From Balanoglossus misakiensis (lineage: Eukaryota; Animalia; Hemichordata): a stretch of DNA of 64,000 bases. Every line of letters starts with the position of its first letter. Position 1 is the first letter of the stretch. The notes beneath the pieces were generated by a model that was not told the DNA's origin, made no database searches, and saw only the letters and a program-made list of their open reading frames with translations. The translations under genes and the position numbers were made by a program. The stretch lies in the NCBI GenBank assembly GCA_040954595.2, contig CM082580.2:5260783-5324782 (forward strand), in the 5' to 3' direction. Below are positions 59,530 to 64,000 of this stretch, one piece after another.

Positions 59530-62500
59530 GCAATTATTGCGCGCCGCTCGGCGCTACCTGACCTACATTATTACTCAGACACTGACTGATGGCAAAGTAG
59601 AAATATTTTATAAAGGCAGAGCGCTCTCGGGCAGCTGATAGGAAAATGCACCTCTAAGTCATCCGCGTGACGTCAACAGTGACATTTTCTAATTCGGGAG
59701 TCTAAGTATTCTTTTAATAATGGTTCGATTAACCTGTTTTCGATTTCAATCACAAGATGTGGGCCGAGTCTTCGCAGAGATTAATTTGACGAACCTGTCC
59801 GAGCCGTTATCAACCTGAGTATTTGAAAAAAAATCATACCGTTTTGTTTCGCTCAAACCCTACGATTTGAATGCATGTAAAACACCAGTAGAAATCTAGG
59901 TGCAAGATTTTCGACATATAGGCTAATAGTGTGGGAATTCTCTTCAGAATTCGTTTCATATTGAGCTATGTACTGTCTTCAAGCTCCGTTATATAATCAT
60001 ATGGGATGTAATGTTTTGGAATCCATTCCCGTTAATCTTGAAAATGTTATTTTAATGCGTTGCTATTGTCACCGAAATCCGTGGGCGCGCACAAGAGTCA
60101 CGTAGAGTTACGTCACGAGGCTGTGAAACGTTCAGCTCGCCCCCGGCATCACCGTCACTGTCGTTCTGCGCGTCACATGGACCCCACATCGCCGTTTGAC
60201 GCGCCCTTGAAACATTCAGCTCACTCTGTACCGCCGCCGTCGTTGAAGTATTGATGGCAAGCTCGGCTCACGGTATTGGATCATTATAAAAGCCTTGAAT
60301 GCGTCACGTGTTTTGAGAGGATCGCGTACAAGATATGCCATGATGTAATGCTTGCTGAAGTTGAGTACACATCCGACTGATCTTGAAGATGCGCGCGGAC
60401 AGATTTCGAACGTGAAAAACTCGCGAATATTCATTCATCTTCAAGGCGAAGCCTCGGAGTGACATCGAGAAACTTGGAAATTCGTCGACGTCATGAGCTT
60501 CTCTAGTCCGCGTAAAAACATCCAGAGAGCTCAGAGAATGATGTTATAATAACATGAACCTAATAACGTGACATTGTGAATCCATCCCTTTCGCCCTCGC
60601 AGAGTAGATAATGATAATACCCGCGCCCTACATTCAAAGAAGTTACAAGGACACGAATTACGCGCACACTTGTTGATTTGTGTAATCCACTTTTGACGCA
60701 GTCTGTGCAAATTCTGAAGAAGAGCTGATATTTACGCGGGAAAGAATCCAAGGCCGGCGATCTAAATATAAGTTCGGTATCTTGTGCATCTGCTGAACCA
60801 TGAGTTGAATAAAAAAAATTTCTTTCTGTCATAGACCCTTCCCGGACCTTCCATCAATCCATGATTCGACCATCCAAGCCGCCACTAACACGAGTGAGTG
60901 AATGAGTGCGTTGTAATTGTCGTTTCTTTATTCCTCCTCAAGTTAATTACAAAGATAAGGGGAAAAAAAGATCACTCTAGATAACACAGAAAATTAATAA
61001 ATAAGCGTCCGATGGAAATCAATATACGATACCATTCAGTTCTCAAGGCACATATGAACAAAATCTAAAACCGTCCGTTAACCTTCACTTTCGAATTTCA
61101 TTCACATGTCGCTCCAACCACTGCTGGAATCGAGTGACGTAGAGAACGTCATCTAGAAACGAGGCACAATAACATTTCAACGGAAACACTTTCTAACTAC
61201 ACTTAAAGTATGGTATGAAATGTTCGCTAAATATGTTGTAGACGGAGGTGATCCGTCTATATATATATATAAGGCCTACGGTCTCACAAAATAGATGTTC
61301 AGATAGATGAATCTAGTCTTTGTAGATAGCGAAAAGTCCTTCAGTACATTTTCACGTATGCAACGTCATGACTGAAAAGTAGTGCGTTCGGTTTACGAAA
61401 ATGCGTGGGTAGTGCAATTTCTTTCGAACTGGTAAACACGGCAAATGCCATCAAAGATTCAAACCTCCGATGCGCAGGACGCCGGCTGTCATGGCAACGA
61501 GTTTGGTTATGAGCGCGCCATCTTGTGGCCGTGGATGGCAAACTCGGGTGATCGATATACCCACTGTGACCGGGGAGCGAGCGAGCGAGCGTGTTGTATC
61601 GTGTATATTGGTGTACCTTTCGTGTTGTCGGTGCATAGAAATCTTGCAGAGTTCATCTTACACGTAATAGTCCGCGTTCTGTCGCCCGGCGATTCTGCTC
61701 CGGATTCATGTCATAGCACCGCGTCTGTCCGCCTCGGAAAAGAATGCCTTCATTTTGTGTGACAGCATTTCATTTGTGGGAGTTCTAAGAGCAGACGTCG
61801 CCTCCGGTATGTGGAGAGATCTGCCAAGCGCGCCCGCCACACAATCCGTCGGAATACTTATAGTGTTTGGATCGGTGTAGCAGCCGTCATGTCAATCCAG
61901 TATCAGTACCAGCACCATCATCATCACCATCACCGCCGCCAACTGGCCGGCATGGATTCTCTTAAAATCAGCGAAACTCTCCGGGTCCAGAGCAACGCCT
62001 CCATGAAGCTGGTCAAAACGGGTGAGTGCACTTTACGCCAGATCGGATATATATATACATGTACATGGATATCGTCTTCTGTGTTATTCATTTGAATTGC
62101 GGGCAATCCCGGCTGCATTGACGTCGGAGTATGGCTATGTAGCTGCTCAGCGTGCCACTGCATTCTCCGCGGTTTGTTCATCCCGCTATGGGGAAAAAAT
62201 TACAAGCCTATGTGCGTCAATATAGCTATTACATTGCTAATATCATATTGCAGTTGCTCCGTGTCACAGCTACAGCAAACGCGCGCGCTGACTATCGCCG
62301 CGCCTGGCAGTGACGGACGCGACGCCGCCTTACGCGTCTGCAAATCGTGAGCGCTTGATCACGAAAATCACATTTTACTCCATGTGTGCAAACCACCCGT
62401 TTTATGATTCAACAACGGGGCAATGCAAAATAGCGAACGACCTTGAGCATTGTTTGCATTTTAAACGGTTTTTCATTCGTCGTTTAGTCTTATACGAAGC

Positions 62501-63900
62501 GCACGGTGATAATATTTCGTGACTGTACGTGCGCGCTCGTATATCTGCCTTTGTACTGTAGTATTTTCCCTCTAAGGACCCATTCATGATCGTCAGGATT
62601 ATTCCGATAAAGGTCATGCTAATCTGGCATAACGTTCACGTAATATCGGGAGAGATGTCCGAAAATTCGTTGTCTTGTAGGGCCGGCCGGGCCTAGGGCT
62701 TCTTCAACAGCTGTTTTGGATTGTGTGAAATTCTAAAGCACATGTTCTGAGGTTGTCACATAGGGGTCGTCGCTATAGTTCGTATTTTTGGCTGTTTTCT
62801 GGAGAGAAAAAAGTCGACGTGTTAAAAGAGGCCCTGATAAAAGTCGAAAACGCCCGCATATTATAAGCGTCTGTAAAGCATCACGTTGAAGATAGGTTGT
62901 CAAATATGAACGCTTGTTCTATTATTATTTTATTATTATTTTGAACGAAGCTCTGGTTGCGCGTGTTGTCCCTGTTTGAATTCCCTGAATGACAATCGCA
63001 TAGCAAGGGCGTAACTCCGTTTCGCCTTCTGTGCTTTCAGCTGAGCATTTTGAACTTGTTTTCACTGACGATTACGGTTTTTGACGTCATTGGCGTTGTT
63101 TTTTCCTCACACAGTCCCTCTATTACACCGTAAACCCGCTCTTTTACGACTCACGTTACTCGTGTCTACTCGGTAAGCTTTCACACTGGCCCCAATACCA
63201 GTGAAAACTAAAATTAGCAACGTACAATGGACTTAGTTATTTATACATGACAACTGAAATGCGCCGGCGGTGATGGGCTCGTGACTCGAACAAACGGCCG
63301 GGCCATTCTAAAAAAGTCGTGAGATTCTAGCATCATTATATCCTCTAAAATACTGCAGTTAACAGCGAAAGACTTCGTCCAAAAAATAGATCCTTGGAAC
63401 CGATTCTTGTGGTAAAAATTACCGCCTGGATGAGAGCCAGCCCGAGCAGACGACATGTTAAAATTGGAGCATGCGCAATGAGGGGATGGTAGAAGTGACA
63501 GTAATATCAAGCAGTAAGTTAACAGAAAAGAATGCACACCCAACATCTTAAACGTTTTGAGTTGCAGCGACTCGCTATTGTCCGCATCATTCTACCATCA
63601 ATTATTATATTGTTCCTTGCCCAGAAGTGAAACGCGTCGAATAATTATGCCAATTAACAATGAATGCCAATTGACAATGAATTCGCGCGCATATCGGGGA
63701 CCATCAGTCATCGCATTAGACCTACGTGTAATATGCAGTTTATTTAGACATCAGACTAAACACCCAGAAATAAAAATGAATGCCGTACGGTGATTTATAT
63801 GCTGATGATATAAAATAACGAAGTCAAATGCCCGCTCAGGGAGAAGATACAATATTGTCCGCCATTTCTAACCGAGTGTACATCAGCTGCTGCGACCATT
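59530..63900. promoter_or_regulatory. CpG-enriched promoter-like region of the downstream gene
   Basis: Visible CpG enrichment relative to the vinculin introns; TGACGTCA at about 59668 and 63083; YY1-like GCGCCATCTTG at about 61514. Confidence 0.55.
61889..62021 (+). CDS. Probable first coding exon of an unidentified gene (MSIQYQYQHHHHHHHRRQLAGMDSLKISETLRVQSNASMKLVKT)
   Basis: gccgtcATG context, open frame, strong donor ACGG|GTGAGT, inside CpG-rich region; protein not recognised. Confidence 0.55.
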
Positions 63901-64000
63901 GTGGTACATGACGTATTTATAAGAAGCGCGTTCAAATTGAAATCTTGTACCGTTTAATCAAAATGGGTTACTTATTTCAAACCATTAAGCTTCAGCATAC

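Overview
Animal (invertebrate, probably marine deuterostome-like; organism not determinable here) genomic DNA, AT-rich and intron-rich. Most of the window is a + strand vinculin gene: 19 conserved coding exons from 8061 to the stop at 53591, with exon 1 apparently upstream of the window. Between the two conserved halves of the proline-rich hinge I find eight extra frame-preserving (phase 1-1) candidate cassette exons, 918 nt or 306 aa in total. One encodes an LD-motif-like helix, and another has a dense Rbfox (TGCATG) cluster upstream. An apparently intact 5477-bp PIF/Harbinger-superfamily (ISL2EU-like) DNA transposon (21309-26785) sits inside this array. It has 483-bp terminal inverted repeats and two convergent spliced genes, a THAP-HTH-DDE transposase and a SAP-SWIM-YqaJ nuclease. 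Each TIR appears to carry the promoter, the first exon (ATG GCT GCA AAA ATG|GTGAGT) and an outward-pointing CTCF-like site, so both genes would start from mirror copies of one module. Also present: MITEs, a Helentron/HINE-like repeat, tandem repeats, and a CpG-rich promoter with the first coding exon of an unidentified downstream gene. All exon boundaries were read by hand from GT-AG sites and frame continuity; no alignments or searches were run.
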